A stretch of DNA of 59,819 nucleotides, counting the filler. It is 4 parts of 4 records of this genome, joined end to end, with 100 filler letters (N's around TTAATTAATTAA, not from the genome) between each part and the next. Parts side by side here need not be neighbours in the genome. Positions count along the whole stretch, not along the records: positions 1 to 24,078 come from DRR723986_1545; positions 24,179 to 40,888 come from DRR723986_1719; 2 more parts are not named here. One strand, given 5' to 3'. The notes below the pieces were generated by a model. The model worked only from the letters and a program-made list of their open reading frames with translations, was not told the DNA's origin and did no database searches. Below are positions 19,932 to 28,934 of the stretch, one piece after another. Position 1 is the stretch's first letter. Each line of letters begins with the position of its first letter. The position numbers were made by a program, and so were the translations under genes.

Positions 19932-21071
19932 TTGAACACCGCGATTTCAGATTCCCTCTCAGATTCCGGGCCAAAATGGGTGGCGGGCTTCATGTCTGGC
20001 ACCTCTCTCGACGCTGTGGATGCAGCGCTGATCCTGACGAATGGCGAGCAGGTGCTGGAGTTTGGTGCGACAGCCGAGCGCAAATATCTGCCCGAGGAAC
20101 GCCGTATCCTGCAGCAGGCAACAGATGCGGCCCGCGCCTGGAACTGGTCTGGCCCCGAGCCGGAATCCGTCTTTGAAGCGGCGAAAGCGGTCGTCACGCA
20201 AACGCATGCTGACACCATGCAGCAATTGCTCTCGGCCTGGTCCGGTCCGGTGCCTGTGCTGGCCGGCGTGCATGGCCAGACGGTTCTCCACCGGAGGCCT
20301 GTGCCCGGCAAACCGGGCGCGACGCTGCAGCTGATCGATGCGCCTGCCATGCAGGCGGCCTTGGGTATGCCGTTGGCCTGCGATTTCCGGACGGCGGATG
20401 TCGCCGCAGGCGGGCAGGGCGCGCCGCTCGCACCGGCTTATCACTCAGCGCTCCTGCAGCGTCTGGGAGATGGTGCGGCTTGCGTCCTGAATCTTGGCGG
20501 TGTGGCGAACATCACTGCCAAACTGGCTGACGGCACGCTGATTGCCTTCGATACTGGCCCAGCAAATGGCCCGATCGACGAATGGGTCGAAGGGTATGGG
20601 CGAGGCACGCATGATTTTGGCGGCGCCCTTGCGAAGACCGGCACGGCGGACGAGGCGCTGCTTGAGCGGCTGTTGCAGCATGACTGGTTCAGCGAAGCAC
20701 CGCCCAAATCGCTGGACCGTTATGATTTTTCGGCCACCATGGTTGAGGGTATGTCCGTGGAAGATGGCGCAGCGACCCTGACGGAATTTTCGGCGCGGGC
20801 TGTCGCTGCGGGCGTTTCCCAACTTCCGGAAGTGCCTTCCCGGGTCATTGCATGCGGTGGCGGGCGCCATAATCCGGCACTGATGGATGCCCTCGCCCGG
20901 GCATTGCCGTGCCCCGTGCTGAGTGCGGAGGCGGCCGGATGGCGCGGGGACAGCATCGAGGCTGAAGCCTTTGCCTATCTGGCTGCGCGTTCGGCCCGGG
21001 GCCTGCCCATCAGCTGGCCCGGCACGACAGGCGTGCCGGAACCAATGACGGGTGGAATTGTGCTGACTTAG
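19932..21071 (+). CDS. anmK: Anhydro-N-acetylmuramic acid kinase
   Basis: GFMSGTSLDAVD, HGQT, GGQGAPL, FDTGPAN, EAEAFA; TTG start with SD aagggag; divergent from tyrS. Confidence 0.94.
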   Translation: MNTAISDSLSDSGPKWVAGFMSGTSLDAVDAALILTNGEQVLEFGATAERKYLPEERRILQQATDAARAWNWSGPEPESVFEAAKAVVTQTHADTMQQLLSAWSGPVPVLAGVHGQTVLHRRPVPGKPGATLQLIDAPAMQAALGMPLACDFRTADVAAGGQGAPLAPAYHSALLQRLGDGAACVLNLGGVANITAKLADGTLIAFDTGPANGPIDEWVEGYGRGTHDFGGALAKTGTADEALLERLLQHDWFSEAPPKSLDRYDFSATMVEGMSVEDGAATLTEFSARAVAAGVSQLPEVPSRVIACGGGRHNPALMDALARALPCPVLSAEAAGWRGDSIEAEAFAYLAARSARGLPISWPGTTGVPEPMTGGIVLT

Positions 21072-21745
21072 TCGCCTTCGGCTTCGAGGCGCAGTTTCTC
21101 TTCGGCGGCGGCGAGGCGGCGAAGCAGGTATTCCTCGCAGGTGCCGATCAGTTCTTCGCGGCGATCCTGGTAGAAGTGGTTCGCGCCTTTCACGGTAGTC
21201 CGCTCGATTTCCTCGCCCTTCTGGACCCGCACTTTGGTAAGGGCGCGTTCCACATCTTCCGGGGAAGAAACCGCATCGCTGTCACCGGACACGATCAGGC
21301 CGGACGCCGGGCATGGCGCCAGGAACGACAGGTCGTAATGGTTGGCTGGCGGCGAGATGGCGAGGAAGCCGTCGATTTCCGGGCGGCGCATCAGCAGCTG
21401 AAGCGTGATCCAGGCGCCAAAGGAGTAGCCGGCGCACCAGACATAGCGCGGGCTTTCCGCCATGTTTTCAATGTAATCAAGAACATAGGCCGCATCTTCC
21501 AGCTCGCCGATGCCTTGGTCGTACTGGCCCTGGCTGCGGCCGACGCCGCGGGAATTGTAGCGCAGAACGCCGAAGCCATGCTTCTCGAACATCTGGTACA
21601 GCATGATCGAGATCGGGTCCTGCATCGTGCCACCGGCTTTCGGGTGGGGATGGAGGATCAGCGCAATCGGTGCGCCATCATATGGCGGCTCTGTGTAACG
21701 CGCTTCGATACGGCCCTGAGGGCCCGGAATGATGAGTTCTGCCAT
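21068..21745 (-). CDS. Alpha/beta hydrolase (conserved isc/suf-adjacent family)
   Basis: PGPQGRIEAR, LHPHP, RGVGRSQG, AGYSFG, GANHF. Confidence 0.92.
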   Translation of the reverse strand: MAELIIPGPQGRIEARYTEPPYDGAPIALILHPHPKAGGTMQDPISIMLYQMFEKHGFGVLRYNSRGVGRSQGQYDQGIGELEDAAYVLDYIENMAESPRYVWCAGYSFGAWITLQLLMRRPEIDGFLAISPPANHYDLSFLAPCPASGLIVSGDSDAVSSPEDVERALTKVRVQKGEEIERTTVKGANHFYQDRREELIGTCEEYLLRRLAAAEEKLRLEAEGD

Positions 21746-21844
21746 GGCATCCTCGGAATTTCGGGTTAAGCGCCGGGTGATAAGCCAAACGGCCACTGAA
21801 AAGCAAATTTTTCTGCAGGTGCACCTGAAGGCCTGAACCGCTAT

Positions 21845-22999
21845 ATGGGTCGCATGATCTATGCTGACCACAATGCGACGAGCCCGCTGCGCACGGAAGC
21901 GCGCGAGGCCATGCTCGCCGTTTATGACATGGGGGCCGTAAACCCGTCCTCCGTGCATGCGGCAGGGCGCGCGGCGCGTGGCGTTGTCGAGCGGGCGCGC
22001 ATGGTGTTGGGCGGCGCCATCGGCAGCCGGGCGGAGGACATCGTTTTCACCTCCGGCGGGACAGAATCCGACAGCCTTGCGGTTCACGGCGCAGTGGCAG
22101 GACTTGAGGGCAAGTGCACGCTGATCGTTTCTGCGCTGGAGCATGAAGCCATTGGCAAGGCCGCAGCGCATTCCGGCGTGGTGATGGAGACGGCTTACCT
22201 CACCTCTGCCGGGACGGTCGACCTGGAAGACCTCGCAGGTCGCCTGAAGACATGGGATCATGCTGCCAAAGGCATGCCGGTACTGTGCCTGATGCTCGCG
22301 AACAATGAGACAGGCATCCTCCAGCCCGTTGCGGAAGCCGCCGCCCTCGTGCGGGAGGCTGGCGGGCTGACCATTTGCGACGCAGTGCAGGGCGTCGGCA
22401 AAGTGCCGGTGAATGTGGGCCTGCTGGGCGTCGACTACTTGTCTGTCAGCGCCCACAAGATCGGCGGGCCGCAGGGCGCCGGCGCCCTCTGGCACCGGGC
22501 AGGCGCGCCGTTGAAGGCCGTCCAATATGGCGGCGGGCAGGAGCGGGGGCTCCGCTCAGGTACGGAGAATGTCGCCGCGATTGCCGGTTTCGCCGCTGCC
22601 ATCGAGGCTGCCATGCGGGACATGCCGAGATACCAGGCCCTGGCGGCCCATCGCGACGCCATGGAGGCCCGGCTTGAGGCCGAAGGCGGCGTAATCGTCA
22701 CCGGCAAGGCCTCGCCGCGCCTTGCCGGTGTTTCGAACTTCGCAAAGCCCGGTTTTGCGGCTGAAACGCAGGTCATGGCCATGGATCTCGCCGGTGTCTG
22801 CATCTCAGCGGGCTCCGCCTGTTCGTCCGGCAAGGTCAAGCGCAGCCTCGTCCTGATGGCGATGGGCGCGGACGATACCCTTGCAGAATCGGCAATACGC
22901 ACCAGCTTTGGATGGAGTACACTGCCGTCGGACTTTGACGGCGTCGCCGATGCATGGCTGAAGGCGGCCGAGCGCATCATCGCGAAGGAAAAGGCGTAA
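21845..22999 (+). CDS. iscS: Cysteine desulfurase
   Basis: [45 protein letters not shown]. Confidence 0.93.
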   Translation: MGRMIYADHNATSPLRTEAREAMLAVYDMGAVNPSSVHAAGRAARGVVERARMVLGGAIGSRAEDIVFTSGGTESDSLAVHGAVAGLEGKCTLIVSALEHEAIGKAAAHSGVVMETAYLTSAGTVDLEDLAGRLKTWDHAAKGMPVLCLMLANNETGILQPVAEAAALVREAGGLTICDAVQGVGKVPVNVGLLGVDYLSVSAHKIGGPQGAGALWHRAGAPLKAVQYGGGQERGLRSGTENVAAIAGFAAAIEAAMRDMPRYQALAAHRDAMEARLEAEGGVIVTGKASPRLAGVSNFAKPGFAAETQVMAMDLAGVCISAGSACSSGKVKRSLVLMAMGADDTLAESAIRTSFGWSTLPSDFDGVADAWLKAAERIIAKEKA

Positions 23000-24078
23000 T
23001 GGACTGCTGCGGCGGAACGGACGAGCACGAAGACGACTGCACGGAAGTGACGGTCAAGGAAGGTATCGACGCGAAAACGGTCGAGGCCGCGAAGGCGCTC
23101 GAGTCCGAGAACTATTCCGCCGGCTTCTCCACCACCATCGACATGGAATTCTCGCCGAAGGGCCTGTCGGAAGACACGATCCGCTTTATTTCGGCCAAGA
23201 AGGAAGAGCCGGAATGGCTGCTGGAGTGGCGTCTTGCCGCCTATCGCCGCTGGCTGACCATGGAAGAGCCGACTTGGGCCAAGGTCCGCTACGAGCCGAT
23301 CGATTACCAGGAATACTATTACTACGCCGCGCCCAAATCCGGCGCAAAGTATGAGTCGATCGACGATGTTCCGAAGGAAATCCTCGAAACCTATGAAAAG
23401 CTAGGTATCCCGCTGCGTGAGGCCGAAGTGCTGCTGGGGGTTGAAGGCGCGGCTGAGACTGCTGCTGCTGCCCGCGAGGCGCCGCGCGTTGCCGTCGATG
23501 CCGTCTTCGACTCCGTCTCCGTTGCGACGACCTTCCGCAAGGAGCTGGAGAAGGCGGGCGTGATATTCATGTCTATCTCCGAGGCCGTGCGCGAGCATCC
23601 GGAGCTGGTAAAGAAATATCTCGGAACAGTCGTTCCGCAGTCTGACAATTATTTTGCCACGCTGAACAGTGCCGTCTTCTCTGATGGTACCTTCGTCTAT
23701 GTGCCGAAGGGCGTGCGCTGCCCGATGGAGCTGTCGACTTATTTCCGCATGAACGCCGAGAATACCGGTCAGTTCGAACGTACCCTGATCGTCTGCGACG
23801 AAGGGGCCTATGTCTCCTATCTCGAAGGCTGCACCGCGCCGATGCGTGACGAAAACCAGCTCCACGCCGCCGTGGTGGAGCTGGTTGCGCTCGACGATGC
23901 GGAAATCAAATACTCTACCGTCCAGAACTGGTGGCCGGGCGACGAGGAGGGCAAAGGCGGCATCTACAATTTCGTGACCAAGCGCGGTGACTGCCGCGGC
24001 GCCCGCTCCAAGATCAGCTGGACCCAGGTCGAAACCGGTTCTGCCGTCACCTGGAAATACCCGTCCTGCATCCTGCGC
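22999..24078 (+). CDS. sufB: Fe-S cluster assembly protein SufB (3' truncated at contig end)
   Basis: [47 protein letters not shown] overlaps the iscS stop. Confidence 0.96.
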
Positions 24079-24178
24079 NNNNNNNNNNNNNNNNNNNNNN
24101 NNNNNNNNNNNNNNNNNNNNNNTTAATTAATTAANNNNNNNNNNNNNNNNNNNNNNNNNNNNNNNNNNNNNNNNNNNN
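24079..24178. other. Artificial contig spacer
   Basis: N44-TTAATTAATTAA-N44, stops in all six frames. Confidence 0.99.
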
Positions 24179-24211
24179 CCGCAGTGCCCGTCGATCTGGT
24201 GGCGCTCGACA
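24179..24211 (-). mobile_element. Possible IS terminus (IS21-like) at contig edge
   Basis: Minus strand reads TGTCGAGCGCCACC.. exactly where the FAH-like reading departs from the family motif; the contig breaks right after. Confidence 0.4.
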
Positions 24212-24423
24212 TTCGGGGCCAGCAGGTGGCGTTCTGAGGGGTCACTCTGTGCATCAAGGCTTTCGGTCTCGACGTCCGTAAGCGATCCGACAACCGATCC
24301 GTCAAGCTCCGCAACGGTAGTTGCCGGATCATCTGTTTCCAACAGATCGCGCATTGTCGCCACCTTGCGACTTGTGATGTCAACCAGATCACCCTCGCGA
24401 AGCGTCACCAAAACCGGCCCCAC
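24212..24423 (-). pseudogene. Fragment of a fumarylacetoacetate-hydrolase family gene (N-terminal part)
   Basis: GPVLVTLREGDLVDITS..ATMRDLLE..HLLAPN resembles the N-terminus of XylX-like FAH proteins; both ends are cut by IS sequence. Confidence 0.55.
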
Positions 24424-24424
24424 A

Positions 24425-24697
24425 GGCCCGGTCGCGCACGATAGTGGAACCCTTCGCGGGAAACGAGCGATAGCTGGAGGTCGCCGTGCCCTGCGGCACG
24501 TGATGTTCCGAGCGGCACTGGTTGCGGCACATCACAACGCCATCATGAAAGCCTTCGCAGATCGCCTCCGCAAGGCTGGAAAACCGCACAAGGTCATCAT
24601 CACCGCCTTCGCTGGAAAGCTCGTCACCATCGCGAACGCCCTGTGCAAGAGCGGTCAGAAATGGACCGCCGCGGCAGCCTGAACAGATACAGTTGCT
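24425..24697 (+). mobile_element. IS110 family transposase, 3' fragment with right end
   Basis: PVAHDSGTLRGKRAIAGGR..RLRKAGKPHKVIITA..KLVTIANA; followed by acagatacagttgct. Confidence 0.85.
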
Positions 24698-24916
24698 AAT
24701 GTGGCGCAGCGCGACGCTCCAGGCGCTCCAAAGATAGTTTGTAACGACCACCGAGGGTTAGGCGCCCGGTCTGATCCGCCCAGTTCCAACAGCCTGCGCG
24801 ATTGCAGACGCCGGACGGGGCGAAAAACGCTTGTACATCGGGGAGATTCAGGGCGATCTTCACGTCAGACGGCACGCCACTTGGCGAATATCGGTTCGTA
24901 GCCAAGCAATGATGAC

Positions 24917-27142
24917 ATGTTGAGAGATTGTTCGGGAAAACCCATGGCCGATTTCACTGCCCACGGCCGTGAATGCGAACGGCTTTCAAAGCCGCAAGAC
25001 GCACTGGAGGCCTATTCGTCTGCAATCCAAGCCGGCGTACAGGTGTTCGAGGCGCTGAAGGCACGTGGAGCTTTGCTTATGCGCTTCGGTCAGTTGCAGC
25101 ACGCCTTGGCCGATTGTATTCACGCCCTGCAGCATGACCCGAAGGATGCTGGGCTGTGGATCAGAAAAGGCAACATCGAAATCGCAATTGGCCGACACCA
25201 GGATGGTGTCGCCAGCTTGAGGAAAGCGCTGGAGCTTGCGCCCGGCGCGCCCGAGGCCTTGTTCGGCCTTGGAAGCGCGTTTCATGTCATTGGTCGCAAC
25301 CAAGACGCCGTGAATTCATATCAAGCCGTCTTGCGACGTGATCCCAATCACGTCGCGGCCTGCAGCAATCTCTCCACGATCCTGATCGCACACGGTCATC
25401 ATGCGCAGGGCAAGCAATTAGCGCAGCGTGCCGTGGCCGCCGCTCCGCGCTTTGCAAATGCGGTCTTCAACCTCGCCCTGTGCCATGATGCGCTTGGTGA
25501 AACGGCGGAAGCCGAACGGGTCTACCGCGTCCTGTTGGGCATCGATCCCGACCACGACCGTGCCATGGTCAATCTTGGCACGCTGCTCGGTCGTGCCGAG
25601 AGAAACAAGGAGGCCGTCGGCTATTTCCGCAAAGCGATGAAAATAAAGCCGGACTGGACACTTCCAAAGATAAACGCTGCGTTGACATTGCGCGAGATGG
25701 GGCAGGAACAATACGCTAAGGATCTTGTTGCAAAGGTCTTGGAAGAGGAACCCCACAACCTTCTTGCGGCCTTTGTTCACGCAGTGGCGGCCCTACCCGC
25801 CGTCGCGAAAAATGAGGAGGAGCGGCTTGCATCGCGTGGTCTGTTTGAAGATCGATTGCGCGCGGCCCGCACAAGCCTGACGTCGGCAACAGCCGCCGAC
25901 ATCGAAACCGCCACAGGTGCGATCCAGCCTTACTATCTCGCGTATCACAGCGATGACAATCGTGCGCTTCTGGCTGAATATGGCTCGATAATTGTCGATG
26001 CTATGTCTCGCTTCCAGTCTTTGGCAAAGGCACGGACCAAGACGGAAAGCGACCGTTTGACCGTTGGTATCGTGACGGCGTATGCCCGAAAGCATTCCGT
26101 CTGGGACGCGATTACAAAAGGTCTTGTGAAACTCATCGACCGCACGACGTTTCGTGTGGTTCTGTTCTCCGTAGACCCACGCGATCCGTGTCCGCCGGAC
26201 CTTCAGGTCGACAAGGGTGATACATTCGTATCCGGTCACGGTTCCCTGTCGCAGTGGATTTCAGCCATTTCCGAGCAGTCTCCCGATGTGTTGATCTATC
26301 CCGAAGTCGGCATGAATCACCGTGTTCTTCAGCTGGCAGCGCTGCGCCTTGCACCCCGGCAATATGCCATGTGGGGCCATCCGGAAACGACCGGCCTATC
26401 GACGATTGACGGGTATTTTTCGGGAGCCGCCTATGAAACGGATGATGCAGATCACTATTATGTCGAAAAACTGATCCGGCTTCCGGGTCCCGCTTCGTTT
26501 TATGAGCCAGTGGCCGCCATATCTGATGCGAAACCTGACCTTGCAGCGCCCAACGACGGCATGCCACGGATCGTTTGCCCATCAGCAGCGTTCAAGTTCC
26601 AGCCCGAAAACGATCAGGTATTTGTAGACATCGTCAAGGCTAACCCCACTGCCGACCTCGTGTTCTTTCACATGACCAAGAGGTGGATTTCCGAACGCTT
26701 CAAGGAGCGCTTGCACAAGGTTTTTTCCGATGCAGGCATGGATTTCGACAGCCATGTGACGTTTGAAGACTGGATGTCGCCGAATGATTTCCACCGTTAT
26801 CTGGCGGGATCGACCGTCGTCATCGATACTATGGGATTTTCAGGATATAACACGGCCATTCAGACGCTCGAAGTTGGAACGCCATTCGTCGCATATGAAG
26901 GCCGGTTCATGCGGGGTAGACTTGGCGCTGGTTTGCTTAGGTCCATCGGAATGGATGACCTTGTTGCAGACAGCTGTGAAGCGTTCGTTTCGATGGTAAC
27001 AGACGTCGTTCAGAACTCAAGCTTGCAACAGGCTGTCAGAGCAAGGATCGCCGACACGCGGCACAAGCTGTTCGAGGACCTGTCATTCATTGATGGCATC
27101 AAACAGGAGCTTCTGAACCCATCAGTTTCACCTCGCTCGTGA
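24917..27142 (+). CDS. TPR-repeat protein glycosyltransferase, GT41 (OGT/SPINDLY-like)
   Basis: About 8 TPRs, then HSV, PDVLIYPEVGM, RLAPRQ..WGHPETTG, FSGYNT, FMRGR. Confidence 0.88.
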   Translation: MLRDCSGKPMADFTAHGRECERLSKPQDALEAYSSAIQAGVQVFEALKARGALLMRFGQLQHALADCIHALQHDPKDAGLWIRKGNIEIAIGRHQDGVASLRKALELAPGAPEALFGLGSAFHVIGRNQDAVNSYQAVLRRDPNHVAACSNLSTILIAHGHHAQGKQLAQRAVAAAPRFANAVFNLALCHDALGETAEAERVYRVLLGIDPDHDRAMVNLGTLLGRAERNKEAVGYFRKAMKIKPDWTLPKINAALTLREMGQEQYAKDLVAKVLEEEPHNLLAAFVHAVAALPAVAKNEEERLASRGLFEDRLRAARTSLTSATAADIETATGAIQPYYLAYHSDDNRALLAEYGSIIVDAMSRFQSLAKARTKTESDRLTVGIVTAYARKHSVWDAITKGLVKLIDRTTFRVVLFSVDPRDPCPPDLQVDKGDTFVSGHGSLSQWISAISEQSPDVLIYPEVGMNHRVLQLAALRLAPRQYAMWGHPETTGLSTIDGYFSGAAYETDDADHYYVEKLIRLPGPASFYEPVAAISDAKPDLAAPNDGMPRIVCPSAAFKFQPENDQVFVDIVKANPTADLVFFHMTKRWISERFKERLHKVFSDAGMDFDSHVTFEDWMSPNDFHRYLAGSTVVIDTMGFSGYNTAIQTLEVGTPFVAYEGRFMRGRLGAGLLRSIGMDDLVADSCEAFVSMVTDVVQNSSLQQAVRARIADTRHKLFEDLSFIDGIKQELLNPSVSPRS

Positions 27143-27609
27143 ACCGTTTGTTCATTCTGAGCCGCGTGCTGACACGGCAGATGCGGTGCCCCCGTTGACC
27201 GCACCGTCGATTTTGGAAAGAAGTCCTCTATGACCATTTTTACCTATTCAAGTCACGCGGGAACCGCACTCCTGACAATGCTGGCCTGGACGTCTTGGTC
27301 TGGACCAAGTCTGGCGCAGGAGATGGAGGCCGTCTGGGGCGGGCGCGTTGGTGACGTCGAAATGAGAACGGCGGTGCAAAATTAGGGTCTGAACTTCGGT
27401 AACGGGAGCACTTCTGTCAAGAGATTTTGCGCAAACAGAGTGATCCGCCAGAGCGGTGCTTTTGGGTCGTCGTGTCCACCCTGCTTTCTCACACAGCCTT
27501 TGGCTGAGGACCTTGGGTACATGCTTCGGTTCGTGGTCAGCGCGACGGCTGCCAACGTGATGCTGGTTCGATGTAATTCCGATGTGCTCATCTCACAGGC
27601 GTGCTTGAC

Positions 27610-27812
27610 GGATCGCCCGCACAGCAGCCTGAAGTACCAGACCCCGGAGGAGTTCGCGGCTGCGCGGCCCTTCGACAAAACGCAATGGGCGCAACTGCTT
27701 GAGCTACCTGATGGCTCCGTGCCCGCGCCCATTGCTCACGCCGCCGAATGATGGCACACAAATGGAGAACAAGCTCGACTTGCGATTGGCCCTGGAAAAA
27801 GGGGCAGGTGCA
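27610..27812 (+). mobile_element. IS3 family remnant (integrase C-terminus and right inverted repeat)
   Basis: RPHSSLKYQTPEEFA motif; ends ..gaaaaaggggcaggtgCA. Confidence 0.8.
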
Positions 27813-27885
27813 GACACACCCCGTAAAGTACGGAGGGATTGCCGGTCAGTATGTCAGATGTCGCGATAAACAGTGTCCAATGCGC

Positions 27886-27898
27886 GCCCCCGCAACCA
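27886..27898 (+). other. att-like copy of the tRNA-fMet 3' end (island boundary)
   Basis: GCCCCCGCAACCA equals the 3' 13 nt of bacterial initiator tRNA; no T-arm upstream; sits between IS debris and intact genes. Confidence 0.7.
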
Positions 27899-27965
27899 AA
27901 AATCATACAAATAAATCAAATGCTTAAACATCGCCAAAGGGTGGTCGTTCGGGTTTATCCATTCC

Positions 27966-28934
27966 TCAATACCCCCGGGTCGGGTCAACCCTGTTGAACA
28001 GCGGCTTCTTCTGCATCCAGTGGGCGAGGTTCCTCAGGAACAGATCGAAGGACGCCTTTTCCCACTCAGCATGCACGGACGAGCAATGCGGAGAGATGAT
28101 CACGCGATCCAGCGCCCAAAGCGGGCTGTCTGTTGGCAGGGGTTCGGTTTCGAACACGTCGAGGGCCGCACCCGCCACGTGACCAGAGGTCAGCGCGGCA
28201 CATAAGGCGGTTTGATCGACGACGCCCCCACGAGAGACATCAGCCAGGATGACTCCGGGTTTCATGACGTCGATTTCAGCCGCCCCGATCAAGCCGCGCG
28301 TCGACGGGACAAGCGGCGTGCAGATCGCGATGAAATCGGCGCGGGGCAGTAGGCGTGGCAGATCCGTTGCGGCATGGACTTCGTCGACATGGTTCATTGC
28401 TTTCGGACGGGCGCGGGTGCCCAACACACTCATGCCGAAGGCCTTGGCGCGGGCGGCGACCGCGCGGCCGGTATGGCCGAGCCCCACAATCACCAGCGTC
28501 TTGCCTGCCAGCGGTCTGACCATGCGGGCAGACCAGATCCGATCGGCCTTGTCCCGCTGCAATCCGGGGATATCCAGCGTGAAATGCAGAAAGCCGCCAA
28601 GGATGTATTCGGCCATCATGTCCGCGGCCACCCCGGCGGCATTTGTGACGGTGACCTCTTTCGCATCCCACTGCCCGAAATGGTCGGTCCCGGCCCCGCC
28701 ATTGGCGATCCAGCGGGGGCCATTCTGTCCGAACAGCGCATCGCGCGGGTAATCGGGCGCGGCTGCAAAGCGGACGGTGTAGACGATCTCTGGCCGGTAG
28801 CTGTCAATCAGCGCAGGCAAGGCCTCGTAGCTGTTGCATTCCCTGAAATCGGCTTCGGGATAGGCCTCGCACAGCCACCGGGCCATCGGGGCGGTATCGT
28901 CGTTGTGAAGAAGGATACGCGGGGTGTCAGTCAT
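27966..28934 (-). CDS. D-2-hydroxyacid dehydrogenase (NAD-binding)
   Basis: GAGTDH, IVGLGHTG, SRGGVVD, LDVFETEPLP, ISPH. Confidence 0.92.
   Translation of the reverse strand: MTDTPRILLHNDDTAPMARWLCEAYPEADFRECNSYEALPALIDSYRPEIVYTVRFAAAPDYPRDALFGQNGPRWIANGGAGTDHFGQWDAKEVTVTNAAGVAADMMAEYILGGFLHFTLDIPGLQRDKADRIWSARMVRPLAGKTLVIVGLGHTGRAVAARAKAFGMSVLGTRARPKAMNHVDEVHAATDLPRLLPRADFIAICTPLVPSTRGLIGAAEIDVMKPGVILADVSRGGVVDQTALCAALTSGHVAGAALDVFETEPLPTDSPLWALDRVIISPHCSSVHAEWEKASFDLFLRNLAHWMQKKPLFNRVDPTRGY

Noticed and set aside
21746..22525. 485-aa version of the alpha/beta hydrolase
   Set aside because: The extension is antisense to iscS; the family start is MAELIIPGP at 21745.
24079..24178. Repeated TTAATTAATTAA in N runs (also 40889-40988 and 49661-49760) as a biological repeat
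   Set aside because: Identical 100-nt assembly linker with six-frame stops; ORFs ending in X or LIN are artefacts.
24696..24905. 69-aa minus-strand ORF between IS110 and the TPR gene
   Set aside because: TTG start, no SD or recognisable family; may be a gene remnant but cannot be supported.
27840..27898. tRNA gene ending in CCA
   Set aside because: Only the last 13 nt match; no TTCRA T-loop or cloverleaf upstream.
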